NCBI GenBank assembly: GCA_965262915.1
Contig: OZ253564.1
Span: 32,001-96,000 of the forward strand
Origin: Candidatus Spongiisociaceae bacterium
Lineage (GTDB): Bacteria > Actinomycetota > Acidimicrobiia > Spongiisociales > Spongiisociaceae
Direction of reading: 5' to 3'
DNA length: 64,000 nucleotides
In this document: piece after piece, positions 22,816-32,731 of the stretch
Layout: each line of letters starts with the position of its first letter
Position numbering within the stretch: the first letter of the stretch is position 1
Made by a program: the position numbers and the translations under genes
The notes under the pieces: generated by a model
Seen by the model: the letters and a program-made list of their open reading frames with translations, nothing else
Told to the model about the DNA's origin: nothing
Database searches by the model: none

Positions 22816-23647
22816 CAATATCTGTCCATTCGCTACACGAACCGGCTGGCGGAAGCCGGCATCGAGCCATCGGTCGGCTCGGTTGGGGATTCCTACGATA
22901 ACGCCCTCGCGGAGTCCGTCATTGGTCTGTACAAGACAGAACTCATCCACAAACGCGCTCCGTGGAAGGACCTCGACCAAGTCGAGTACGCCACCCTCGA
23001 ATACGTCGACTGGTTCAACCACCGGCGGCTTCTCGAACCCATCGGAGACATCCCACCAGCAGAAAAGGAGGCCAACTACCATCAACAACAGGAACGAGTC
23101 CAGCTAGCTGGACTCAAGTAAAACACTCTCCGGCAAACCCGGTACGGTTCACCTCAAGAGGTGCACCCTCGCCCGGGTCGTTGATCCCCACCAGATCAAC
23201 CTCACCTAGGCCTACCAACTTCTCGCACATGCGCGCAGGGATCAGCTTCCACAGGGGTCCTCCTGCCTCGGATGTCATTACCAACACCCGATTATGGAGG
23301 ACCCCTCCTCACTTCTGGTGGATTCCAACTCCCCCTGGCAGATCCCCTACTCCCCACTCATTTCCGAAGAGCCACATATCAAGCGTTGTGTAGCTCCCGC
23401 CCCCCTGTCGTCTAAGAACCGGAAACGACCACAAATATAGAACGCCCCTAGGAGTACCCCAGCGGAAGGGCTGTCCGCTGCCCACAGCGGGGAAGGGCAT
23501 GGGTTTGGCTCTTGCGGACACCCGGATGGGGGTGCTCTCCGCCGCTACCGGTCGGCCGGTAACGGCTGATCCTGCTCACCGGTTGTCGGAACCGTGTATC
23601 CGGGAACTGAAGTTATCGTGTCTTTGGGCAAGAGAAAAGGGGGCAGG

Positions 23648-23869
23648 ATGATCCTGCGACGATTCTTCCGCCTGCTGCTGAACAAGAACTGGCAGCCTTC
23701 CGCTTCAACCGTGGACGACTCGCTCGCCAAGACTGCCATGGACGCCCTGGACATACGGAGCGGACCGGGAGCGGGGGGCGCCGCCTTTCCAGGTACCAGC
23801 CAAGCGCACGAACGTATCGCCGAGGGCCACGAGAACTACACCAAGTCGTTCAAGAAGAAAGACAGCTAG
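23648..23869 (+). CDS. small hypothetical protein (73 aa)
   Basis: SD-like AAGGGGG before ATG; lies between repeat copies 1 and 2. Confidence 0.55.
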   Translation: MILRRFFRLLLNKNWQPSASTVDDSLAKTAMDALDIRSGPGAGGAAFPGTSQAHERIAEGHENYTKSFKKKDS

Positions 23870-24386
23870 CTAGCCCCGATTCTTCACCGGTTGGCGGTTC
23901 GGGAGTGTAGGCAGGCAGGGCGCCGCCCTGCTTCGCCCCTGCGACCCGTCGAGGGGGCCTCCGGGGTTGCCTGGCCGGTTCACAGGCGTGCTCACCTAGT
24001 CGGCAACAGGGCTCAACAGGGTCAAGGTCCTTCTTGGCTTATAAGGTCTCATGCAGTTCGGTCTGGCTCGACAAGGTGTTTCTCCCTTTCGAAATCGGGG
24101 CTTCTTTCATCGTGCCACTAACAACCCGACGACACCAACCCGAACGAAAGGGAACCCGCCAGTTGCCACCGGTGCCACAGCCACAGCGCCTGAGGCTCCA
24201 CAGCGGAAGGGTGCTCCGTTACCGGTCTTCCATGTCGGGAGGGCTAGCTGACACTGGCGCCGTCTCGTCAAGCCTGCTTACATCCGAACCTGCCCCTCCG
24301 AAGAATCAGGTCGTAGACTTGGGTGAACGGAAAGCACCCGGCCGTCCTGTACGGGGGACGCCGACGGTGGCACGACACGAGGAGTC

Positions 24387-24752
24387 ATGAACATGCTGCG
24401 CGTACCGATGATCATCCTGGCCGTTCTTTATCTTGCCTTCTCAGTATTCACCGCATTGGTGGGGGCCTTCGCCGACGGTGGCACGATTCCCGAGCGTATC
24501 CTCGTGAGCCTCATCCACCCGGCAGCAGCCATCCTGCTCCTCTTGGCGGTCGTCTCCTTTTCGAAGCCCATTTCAACGAGGCGTCGCGGGTTCACCCTGG
24601 TGTTGCTGCTGGTCGCCATCGCAGCAGACCTCGTGCTCGCCGTACTGATAGGCCTGGGTGTGGTAAAAGGTGATTGGTTCCTACCGCTGGTCTTCGCGGT
24701 CGTCCCCGTGATCGGAGTCGCCTACCTGACAGCGGGCGCCAAGACCACCTGA
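24387..24752 (+). CDS. 4-TM hypothetical membrane protein
   Basis: SD GAGGAG, four hydrophobic segments; lies between repeat copies 2 and 3. Confidence 0.75.
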   Translation: MNMLRVPMIILAVLYLAFSVFTALVGAFADGGTIPERILVSLIHPAAAILLLLAVVSFSKPISTRRRGFTLVLLLVAIAADLVLAVLIGLGVVKGDWFLPLVFAVVPVIGVAYLTAGAKTT

Positions 24753-24886
24753 GAAGCACACCGCCCCCAACTCTTCAAGAGGATGGGGTAGGTAGAGGCA
24801 CGCTTAGCCGAAGCCATGCCAAACTCCCCCCGGAGTCCCCCCAGCGGAAGGGTGCTCCGTTGCCGGTCTTCCTCGAGGCGCTGCCG

Positions 24887-25030
24887 CTACGGTCTCTTGC
24901 GCCATTTGTTAACCCAGCGCCAGGTCTTCACGACCCATCCGCGAAGCGTCGGCAACGCTAGGAGCGCGGTGGCCACCAGCACGCCCCCCGCTGCAGTGAG
25001 CACTCCCCAGATCAGATCAGAGCGTTCCAT
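24887..25030 (-). CDS. small single-TM protein with basic Trp-rich tail (47 aa)
   Basis: MERSDLIWGVLTAAGGVLVATALLALPTLRGWVVKTWRWVNKWRKRP; lies between repeat copies 3 and 4. Confidence 0.45.
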   Translation of the reverse strand: MERSDLIWGVLTAAGGVLVATALLALPTLRGWVVKTWRWVNKWRKRP

Positions 25031-25726
25031 TTTCAACTCCGGTTTGTTTGCCAGACCCAGATCACCACCAACCGAAACGGTCAACTGAGATGAGCAAAGG
25101 ACACCAAGGGCCCCGGCCTCTTATGACACGGATGTGATTCTAGAGATGGCCGTACCGGGCCAGGTCCAGGGTGGGCGGGGCTGAGCCTCGTTAACGGAAG
25201 GGTCCCCCGCTGCCGCCGCCCGGGCGAACAGCGAGGTAACCGGATCCCCCAGCACGCTATGCATGATCACTGCAGGCATCATCGTGCACCTACGGGCAGC
25301 TTTGCCGCAACTGAGTATCCCTATAAGGAGCTCGCACCATCGTCGTAATGAAGTGAGGCCGTCACCGTCAACACCGACGGACAACTTCGCCGAATCCGGG
25401 ATCATCACTACGCCGGCGGCGACCCCGACGGGGACCGTGGCGCCGGCTGTCCTGAGACGCCCAGCCTGCCTAACTCCCCCCAGACGCCCTCCAGGCGGAA
25501 GGGGATGTCCGCTGCCACCAGCAGTGGAAACCCTGGTCAAGGCACGACTCAGGACCGATTCAGGTGCACAAGTCCCACAGGCTGTACCACTGTCCACCGG
25601 AATACCCGACGCAGCCACGGGGCTAGATCGTCTCGACCGTCGTCCATTTACCCATCTTGCATTCGCGGAGGCCGGCCGGGTTCGAAGGGTCAAACCCGGG
25701 CGCGTCACGACTCGAGATGACGCGAC

Positions 25727-25761
25727 ACGGCTTCCCCTGCCCGAGCGGCAGGGGAAGCCGT
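25727..25761 (-). terminator. hairpin terminator after the substrate-binding protein gene
   Basis: ACGGCTTCCCCTGC-loop-GCAGGGGAAGCCGT, 14-bp stem. Confidence 0.7.
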
Positions 25762-25780
25762 CTGCGCCTTTCCTCAGGCT

Positions 25781-27079
25781 CTAGCTAGCGATGTCTCCGT
25801 TCGGGCCAACGCCGCTTCCGAGCGGCTGATTGATGAAGTCCACGAGGTCCTGTCTTGCCATGAGATCAGCGAAGACCTTGGCCTCGAGCTCGTAATCGTC
25901 CCAGGTCAGTTCCGGCATGGACGCGAACGCGGCCTGGCCGGGGATTCCGAACCACGTATCAGCGTTCTCGTCGTACAGGAGCGTGGCTGCCTCCTCGAGC
26001 GTGAAGAAGTGATTCAGCTCGGTGAGGATCTGGGTCGTGAGAAGCTCGCCCAGGCTTTCGCCTCCGGTCGCTGCCAGAGCGTCAGCCGTAACGAACTCCC
26101 CGACGATCTCCGGGTAAGCCTCGAGGTACCGGGCAGCCCGGTACCACGCGGCCACCGTCCTCAGCACGGTCTCGTAACAGCAGTCCAGGTAGTCCTGGCT
26201 CACTCCTTCGGTGCTGTACCACAGCGCCCGGCCGCCGAACAGCTCGAGCGGTCCGACCACGACGTACTGCCCGGCAAGCTCCTCTGAGTAGAGCATTCTT
26301 GCCTGCCGGTTCAAGGTCCCCAGGTAGAGATCGAACTCGCCGGCGAGGAACGCCTGCCCGAGGGCATCGCGGTTCGCGGGGCGCGAGATCACGACGTCAT
26401 CGAGGGTGAGGCCTATCTCCTCGAGGAAGATCCGGATGGGCGCCACCGATCCGCCCTCTTGGCGGGGAATGTCCTTGCCGCGGACGAACTCGGCTAGGTC
26501 CGCTTTCGCAGCCTCAACGTCGCCGTTGTTGTCGGCGAGAGCCTGTTCCCAGGTGAGATCTCCGGTGCGGCCGATGACCACGAAGCCCTTGTAGTGGTTG
26601 GTGATCAGGGGCGTGCGATACCCCGGGAACTCCTCCAGCACTGCCTGGTAGCAGAACTGGCACGAGAACAGCCAGTCGACCTCGCCGAGCGCGACCTGCT
26701 GGAACGGGATGTCCACGAACGGGATCAACTCGAACGTCAGGCCGAGCTGCTCCGGAATGCCGATGGCATCTGCGTATGCGAAGAGCCGATCGTCGTAACT
26801 CGGCGTGGTCCCGATGCGAACTACGCCGCCCCGACCGTCGTCGGGTGGCGTGGACAGGTCGTCCATCGGCTCCTCTGCCATCGTCGTGGCCGTCGCATCG
26901 CGCGCCACGGTCGGGATGGCCGCGGTCGTGGCTGGATCCGTGGTCGCTTGGGTTGGCTCGTCGTCCCCGCACGCCGCGGCAACGAGTGCCATGACCGTGA
27001 GGACGGCAACGAGTGGCAATCGGCGGTCCCAGACCCTTCTTCTCTTGGTTCTTCTCTCGGTCGTGGCTCGACGGTCCAT
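25781..27079 (-). CDS. ABC transporter substrate-binding lipoprotein (NitT/TauT/SsuA-like)
   Basis: Lipobox LVAAA-C, Thr-rich linker, ETVLRTVAAWYRA; downstream of a TauC-type permease. Confidence 0.75.
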   Translation of the reverse strand: MDRRATTERRTKRRRVWDRRLPLVAVLTVMALVAAACGDDEPTQATTDPATTAAIPTVARDATATTMAEEPMDDLSTPPDDGRGGVVRIGTTPSYDDRLFAYADAIGIPEQLGLTFELIPFVDIPFQQVALGEVDWLFSCQFCYQAVLEEFPGYRTPLITNHYKGFVVIGRTGDLTWEQALADNNGDVEAAKADLAEFVRGKDIPRQEGGSVAPIRIFLEEIGLTLDDVVISRPANRDALGQAFLAGEFDLYLGTLNRQARMLYSEELAGQYVVVGPLELFGGRALWYSTEGVSQDYLDCCYETVLRTVAAWYRAARYLEAYPEIVGEFVTADALAATGGESLGELLTTQILTELNHFFTLEEAATLLYDENADTWFGIPGQAAFASMPELTWDDYELEAKVFADLMARQDLVDFINQPLGSGVGPNGDIAS

Positions 27080-27167
27080 AACGTCCTCCCGTCTGTCGGT
27101 GCTGTTTTCTCAGATGCCCCTTGTTCCCGTTTTCTTCCGGCGCTGAAAGCAACTCGCTACACGAGCG

Positions 27168-28073
27168 TCACTGCCGTCCTATCAGTTCACCGGCGATGCC
27201 GGTTCCCTCGCCGCGAGGGCTCCATCTCGTTGCTCTGCGAGTGATCACCCTGATAATGTAGTCGGACACGACCGCCATGAAGGCGAAGATCAAGACGATC
27301 AGGACAACTCCTGCGGTGTCCAGATAGACGTTTCGCACGAGCATGATGTAGCCCAAGCCCTCGCGTGAGCCCATGAACTCGGCCGCGACATCGAGACCCC
27401 ACGCGGACATCACCGCAAATCGGATGGCAGCCAGCATGTGGGGCACGATCGCGGGAATGACGACCGTGCGATAGATGTGGAAGCGGGAAGCCCCGCTCAC
27501 GAGGGCGGCCTTGATGTATATCAGAGGCACGTTGCGGGCCGCCTCGGTGGTGTGGATGGTCAGGATGAGGAAGACTCCCGTCGCGATGAGGGCGATCTGT
27601 GGAGTCTTACCGATCCCGAACCAGAGAATGAACAGCGGAATCAGCGCAAAGAGAGGGATCGGCCTTACGGCATCGGTCGTAAACTCCAACAGGTTCCGAG
27701 CCCACCTGCTGTACCCGAAGGACAATCCGACCCCCAGCCCGAGCACTCCGCCGATCAGCAGGCCCAACCCGACCATCTCCATGGTCGTCAGCCACGCATC
27801 CGGGAGGATCGGCCAGAGCGCGACCAGGATCTTCCGGACCCGCTCCGGTTTCGGGATCACGATCTCGCGGAAGAGATCGAGAGCGCTCACAGCCCACCAC
27901 AGGAGCCCCAGCGACACCGGGAGGACGAACGGCGCGATTTTCCACAGGTTCCACTTCGGCTTGGATCCCGCGGTGGGGCCTTCTTGAGGCCGCGCTTTCC
28001 CGGTGGTCGCGTCGTATGCGCCGCTGTCTGTATCAGGAGACGGCCGGCCTTCGACTTTGACGCGTTCTGACAT
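27168..28073 (-). CDS. ABC transporter permease (NitT/TauT, SsuC/TauC-like)
   Basis: RPIPLFALIPLFILWFGIG, KAALVSGAS and VAAEFMGSREGLGY motifs. Confidence 0.9.
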   Translation of the reverse strand: MSERVKVEGRPSPDTDSGAYDATTGKARPQEGPTAGSKPKWNLWKIAPFVLPVSLGLLWWAVSALDLFREIVIPKPERVRKILVALWPILPDAWLTTMEMVGLGLLIGGVLGLGVGLSFGYSRWARNLLEFTTDAVRPIPLFALIPLFILWFGIGKTPQIALIATGVFLILTIHTTEAARNVPLIYIKAALVSGASRFHIYRTVVIPAIVPHMLAAIRFAVMSAWGLDVAAEFMGSREGLGYIMLVRNVYLDTAGVVLIVLIFAFMAVVSDYIIRVITRRATRWSPRGEGTGIAGELIGRQ

Positions 28074-28225
28074 GGTGCGCTCTTTCAGCCACGAACGAGG
28101 ACCCGCGTTCTGCGCAGATGTTCGCACCGGCACTACGGGGTGTCAACCCCCTTGACGTGTCGTCGCTCCCCCGAAATGCGGCAGCCGTCCCCCGAAGGGG
28201 TGGAAATCTGGGACGCGCCCTGCCT

Positions 28226-28330
28226 TAACCCGGTCAACACATCCTCAAGGCCCAACAGTTCCAGACGCTCCTCATCCATCCGGTCCATCAGCCGATCCAG
28301 GGTCTCATCGTCGATCACACGGCGTGAAGG
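28226..28330 (-). pseudogene. N-terminal relic of an IS256-family transposase
   Basis: VIDDETLDRLMDRMDEERLELLGLEDVLTGL resembles actinobacterial IS256 N-termini. Confidence 0.5.
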
Positions 28331-28358
28331 GTGCCTCTATCCAGCAACGTTGTGGGAA

Positions 28359-30590
28359 TTAGTCATTCTCGACGGTGCTGATGATTTGTTCACGCAGATC
28401 TTCGGGCTCGGGTTGGCTGAGGTCCTCGCAAACAACGCGTTGAATGTGTCCCGTGAACGGAAAGGGTGGTTGGTAATCGTCGCCCACTGGTGTCCCATAA
28501 TCCCGACCGACTAGCAACCTCCCTAGTCGAAACTGCACGCGAAGAAGGTCGTCCGAAAGGTCCATGGCGCCCACCTCTCGACCATTCAACGCCAAACTGA
28601 TGGTGTGGTCGTTCACATCCGAGCCCTCGGTGTGCAAGAGCCCAAGCTTGTGTGTGCCTGCTGGAATCCGTTCGCTGGCCACGAGCCGTTCTGGTGTGCC
28701 TTGTAAATTGAAGGTCACGACTAAGTGGCCGTCCAGAAAGTAAAGAGCCCACCCATAGTCGGTGAAATAGTCCATCAATCCAAGCCGCTGAGCGCATATG
28801 ATTCCGGCGGCATTCCGATCTCCCCCTATTTCAATATCGGCAACAAGGCGGAAGCTAGACACAAGAGCGGAAGTAAGGATGGGCCCCCCCCCGGGCAGAT
28901 AAACGTATCGACGCCGACCAACGTACGGAGGCGGCTCCATGGCCGTGGCTTGGTTCGAGTCCCAGAAACCATCCATAAGCGGTAGAACTTGATTTCGGCC
29001 TGCTTCGTACCACCAGAGCTCAACGAGGTGACTCAACCGCCCGGGGTACGTCTCCGCGACGTCATTCGCCTCCGAAAAATCCTCCTCCAGGTTGTATAGC
29101 GACCACCGATCGGACTCGAAGTCATCGCTACCCTCCATGAGTTCGCGCTCGGCTCCAAGCATGCTGCCGACATGATCGGTCGTTGCTTTCCAGCCCTCGT
29201 GGTAGATCGCGCGAGACCCCAACATCTCGAAATACTGGGGAGTCCGTTCTATTCGGGCGTCCACTTCACGGAACGTCGACAGGAGGCTCTCTCCGTCGAG
29301 GGGCTGCTGACCGACACCGTCGAGCACGGCGGGACTGTCGACTCCGGCCACTTCGAGAACCGTCGGCATCAGGTCGATGGCGTGACAGAACTGTTGGCAC
29401 ACATCGCCCTTGTTCTCGGCCGCGATGCCTACCGGCCACCTCACAATGAAGGGAGTTCGAACCCCGCCTAGCCAGCTATATCGCTTCCATAGCCGAAATG
29501 GGGTATTGCCGGCCCAGGCCCACCCCCAAGCGTATTGACTCGCTACGCCTATCCCCCCGAGGTCGTCGATATGACCCACCATGGAGTCGATGTCATCATT
29601 GCCTGGTCGCTGCCCGTAACGGCCAACCATGCCGTGCGGCCCTCCGTCGGCGCTGGCACCGTTGTCGGACAGAAACATCACAAGGGTGTTGTCCGTTACG
29701 CCCATTGCAGCAAGAAACTCCATGAGGCGCCCTATCTGGGCGTCGGCATGTGTGACAAACCCGGCGTACACCTCCATCATACGTGCATAGAGTTGACGTT
29801 CCTTGAAGGGCAGATCCTCCCATGGGGCCACCCAGGAGGGGCGCCCAGTGTCGGTCGTGTCGGGTGGTATAACGCCCAGCTTCTGCTGCCTCAGGAAGGT
29901 GCGAGAACGCGTAGCCTCCCACCCGTCGTCGAACTGTCCACGGTAGGGCTCAATCCAGGTGTCCGAGACTTGGTGAGGTGCGTGAGGAGCCGCAGTGGCA
30001 AAGTACAGGAAGAAAGGCTTGTCGGGTGCTCCTTGCTGTTGATCCTGCACCAGCCGGATTGCCTGAGACGCTAGGTCCTCGGTCAAGTGATAGCCCTCCT
30101 CGGGGGTCAGCGGCGGTTCGACGAACCTGTTGTCGCAGACGAGATGTGGAGTCCACTGATCGGTCAATGCGCCGAGAAAGCCGTAATAGCGCTCGAAGCC
30201 GAGACCGAGGGGCCAATGCTCGAACGGACCTGCTTGATTGCGCTCGAAGCGGGGTGTTAGGTGCCACTTGCCCACCGCAAGAGTGCTATAGCCAGCGTCA
30301 CGCAGCAGCCTAGGAAGGGTTCCTGCAGACCTCGGTATCCGCCCGGTATAGCCGGCGAATCCCATCGGGACCTCGGGACCGATCCCCATACCAACAGCGT
30401 GGTGGTTGCGACCTGTCAAGAGCGAGGCTCTTGTTGGTCCACATAGTGATGTAACGTGAAAACTGTTGTAGCGGAGGCCGTCGTCCGCGAGCAGGTCGAT
30501 GTTGGGAGTGGCGATCTCGGCGCCGTAACATCCGAGCTGTGCAAAACCTAAGTCGTCAAGAACGATCATGACGACGTTCGGAGCATCCAT
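28359..30590 (-). CDS. arylsulfatase (AtsA/AtsD-like, Cys-type)
   Basis: PNVVMIVLDDLG, CGPTRASLLTGR (CxPxR), GKWHL and SDNG motifs. Confidence 0.95.
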   Translation of the reverse strand: MDAPNVVMIVLDDLGFAQLGCYGAEIATPNIDLLADDGLRYNSFHVTSLCGPTRASLLTGRNHHAVGMGIGPEVPMGFAGYTGRIPRSAGTLPRLLRDAGYSTLAVGKWHLTPRFERNQAGPFEHWPLGLGFERYYGFLGALTDQWTPHLVCDNRFVEPPLTPEEGYHLTEDLASQAIRLVQDQQQGAPDKPFFLYFATAAPHAPHQVSDTWIEPYRGQFDDGWEATRSRTFLRQQKLGVIPPDTTDTGRPSWVAPWEDLPFKERQLYARMMEVYAGFVTHADAQIGRLMEFLAAMGVTDNTLVMFLSDNGASADGGPHGMVGRYGQRPGNDDIDSMVGHIDDLGGIGVASQYAWGWAWAGNTPFRLWKRYSWLGGVRTPFIVRWPVGIAAENKGDVCQQFCHAIDLMPTVLEVAGVDSPAVLDGVGQQPLDGESLLSTFREVDARIERTPQYFEMLGSRAIYHEGWKATTDHVGSMLGAERELMEGSDDFESDRWSLYNLEEDFSEANDVAETYPGRLSHLVELWWYEAGRNQVLPLMDGFWDSNQATAMEPPPYVGRRRYVYLPGGGPILTSALVSSFRLVADIEIGGDRNAAGIICAQRLGLMDYFTDYGWALYFLDGHLVVTFNLQGTPERLVASERIPAGTHKLGLLHTEGSDVNDHTISLALNGREVGAMDLSDDLLRVQFRLGRLLVGRDYGTPVGDDYQPPFPFTGHIQRVVCEDLSQPEPEDLREQIISTVEND

Positions 30591-30730
30591 GGGTTGCTTA
30601 ATGATGGAGGTACCCCATGAGATTCTTACAGCGCGCCATGCAGCGACAACCGGATTTGGTCAAGCTCACCTCCAGGATGGTTCCACAAAGGGCGCCGCCG
30701 TGCGAACGACGACCGACGCTTCAGCGTAGC

Positions 30731-30839
30731 GGGGTTGTTGACACTCCGAAGCTCGGGTCGAAGCCCTGTCTAAACGTGAGGCTGAGCCCTCGTTCGAATC
30801 ATGAAGTTCGCACCGGGGCTCAAGGGTGTCGACGGCCTC
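30731..30839. mobile_element. possible MITE in the divergent sulfatase/CocE intergenic region
   Basis: Imperfect TIR GGGGTTGTTGACAC ... GTGTCGACGGCCTC. Confidence 0.35.
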
Positions 30840-30931
30840 TTTCCACCGGCAGGTCGCTCACCGCGGCCGGGTGGGCTGAGCCTCTCCACCCGTCTCGACC
30901 AGCAGCGACCTCGGCCACGTACACTCATGAC

Positions 30932-32713
30932 ATGCGCCGGCGGGCACCAAGGCAAAGTGAGTTGAGGGCGATGTTCGATGTCCGGGTCCCGATGCGAGAC
31001 GGGACCCTGCTGTCGGCGGACGTCTACCTTCCTGCATCGGAGGGGCCCTTCCCGGCCCTTCTCTGCCGGACGATCTACAGCAAGGACAGCAACCCGGAGA
31101 CCGACGGTGCCAGACCCGCCGGTTACGTCGGTTGGGCTGCGACTTTCGCCGAGAACGGCTATGCCGTGGTGATCCAGGATTGCCGGGGGCGCTACGAGTC
31201 GGATGGGGTCTTCCAGGTGTATCTCGAGGCAGAGGACGGCTACGACACGATCGAATGGCTGGGGGGCCAGGACTGGTGCGACGGCAACGTCGGCGGATTC
31301 GGCATCTCCAATCCCGGCTCAACCCAGACCCAGGCGGCGCGCATGGCGAGCCCTTATCTGAAAGCCGTCATGCCCGTCGGTGCCTCGGTCGAGGCCTACG
31401 GCGCCGTGTGGGACGGGAGGGGCGTGCTTTCCCTTCAACTCGCCATGCACCACGGGTTGCAGACGGGCAGAAGGGCCATGCACCCTCGAGGAGTAGCCGT
31501 GCTGTCCGGTCTTCCACCGGGAAGCGTGGGCGTCGGGGGCCTCGACGCCCGTGGCCCGTCCGCCGACCTGTCCTACCTGTACAGGCGGCTGCCTCTGGCG
31601 GCGGCCCTCGACGAGTTTGGTGACGCTCACCGCTGGCGTGCCGAGTTCCTCGCGCATCCACGGTTCGACGACCACTGGCGAGCCCGGGGAATGAACGATC
31701 GCTATGAGTCATTGACCGCCCCGGCCTATTTCGTCACCGGCTGGTACGACTGCCTGGCGAGGGAAGTCATCGACAGCTTCGTGAAGTGGCGAGCGACGGC
31801 CAAAACCGAGGAGGCGCGTCGCCTCACCCGGATCATGGTCGGCCCGTGGACGCACACGAGGATCGGCGTGAGCGATTACGTGGAGGGTGTGGATTTCGGG
31901 AGCGAGGCGGCCATGGATCTCACCCACCTACACCTGCACTGGTACGACCAGAGATTGAAAGGGATCGACACCGGAGTCGATGCCGAGGCCCCGGTGCAGA
32001 TCTTCGTGATGGGAGAGAACACGTGGAGAGGCGAGCAAGAATGGCCCCTCGCCCGAACTTCGTACACCCCCCTCTACCTGAGCAGCGGCGGGAAGGCCAA
32101 CTCCGCCTCCGGAGACGGGGCCCTGACCTGGGACGAACCCGGATCAGACCCTCCGGACGGCTACGTCTACGACCCCGAAGACCCGGTGCCGACCTGGGGC
32201 GGGCAAAGCGCCTACGTCGAGACGAGCGGCCCGAGCGATCGGCGATCGGTCGAAGATCGACCGGATGTTCTCGTCTACAGCGCCCCAACGGTTTCCCGTG
32301 ACACCGAGGTCACCGGGCCGATCACGGTCGTCCTGTATGCAGCGTCGGATTCCGCCGACACGGACTTCACCGCGACTTTGATCGATGTCTGGCCGGACGG
32401 CAGGGCCACCCACATCACCGACGGGATCATCCGCGCCCGCTATCGGGTGTCCACCGAGTCCGAGAGCTTCATCACGCCGAACGAGGTCTACGAATACGAG
32501 ATTCAGCTCTCCCCGACCAGCCACGTTTTCCTGTCCGGCCATCGGATTCGTCTCGAAATCTCGAGCAGTGACTTTCCCCGATTCGACCGAAACCTCAATA
32601 CTGGCGGCGAGATAGGAATGGAATCGGAGGGACGAGCCGCGAGCCAGCGGGTGTTCCACGACCGGGAACGGCCGAGTCGCATCGTCCTCCCGATCATTCC
32701 CCGCGACCGGTAG
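30932..32713 (+). CDS. CocE/NonD family hydrolase (peptidase S15)
   Basis: VPMRDGTLLSADVY, QDCRGRYESDG, GISNPG, GWYD, GPWTH and SSSDFPRFDRN motifs; TACACT -10 box lies 6 nt before ATG. Confidence 0.92.
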   Translation: MRRRAPRQSELRAMFDVRVPMRDGTLLSADVYLPASEGPFPALLCRTIYSKDSNPETDGARPAGYVGWAATFAENGYAVVIQDCRGRYESDGVFQVYLEAEDGYDTIEWLGGQDWCDGNVGGFGISNPGSTQTQAARMASPYLKAVMPVGASVEAYGAVWDGRGVLSLQLAMHHGLQTGRRAMHPRGVAVLSGLPPGSVGVGGLDARGPSADLSYLYRRLPLAAALDEFGDAHRWRAEFLAHPRFDDHWRARGMNDRYESLTAPAYFVTGWYDCLAREVIDSFVKWRATAKTEEARRLTRIMVGPWTHTRIGVSDYVEGVDFGSEAAMDLTHLHLHWYDQRLKGIDTGVDAEAPVQIFVMGENTWRGEQEWPLARTSYTPLYLSSGGKANSASGDGALTWDEPGSDPPDGYVYDPEDPVPTWGGQSAYVETSGPSDRRSVEDRPDVLVYSAPTVSRDTEVTGPITVVLYAASDSADTDFTATLIDVWPDGRATHITDGIIRARYRVSTESESFITPNEVYEYEIQLSPTSHVFLSGHRIRLEISSSDFPRFDRNLNTGGEIGMESEGRAASQRVFHDRERPSRIVLPIIPRDR

Positions 32714-32731
32714 GCCACCAAAGGAAGGCGC

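Larger units (their letters stand above)
23460..25514 (+). repeat. array of at least 5 same-orientation ~21-50 bp palindromic sites (CAGCGGA-AGGGnnn-TCCGYTG-CC)
   Basis: Copies at 23460-23480, 24201-24221, 24842-24862, 25192-25212 and 25492-25514. Confidence 0.75.

Noticed and set aside
23871-24103. 10-bp inverted repeat AGCCCCGATT bounding ~230 bp as a MITE
   Set aside because: Short, single copy, no TSD
23460-25514. CRISPR array or classical integron attC array
   Set aside because: Spacers are 300-740 bp and irregular; no cas or intI gene is present; the sites lack attC R-box ends
28158-28220. Possible IS21-like terminus (TGTCGTCGCTCCCCCGAAATGCGGCAG)
   Set aside because: No partner end and no istA/istB
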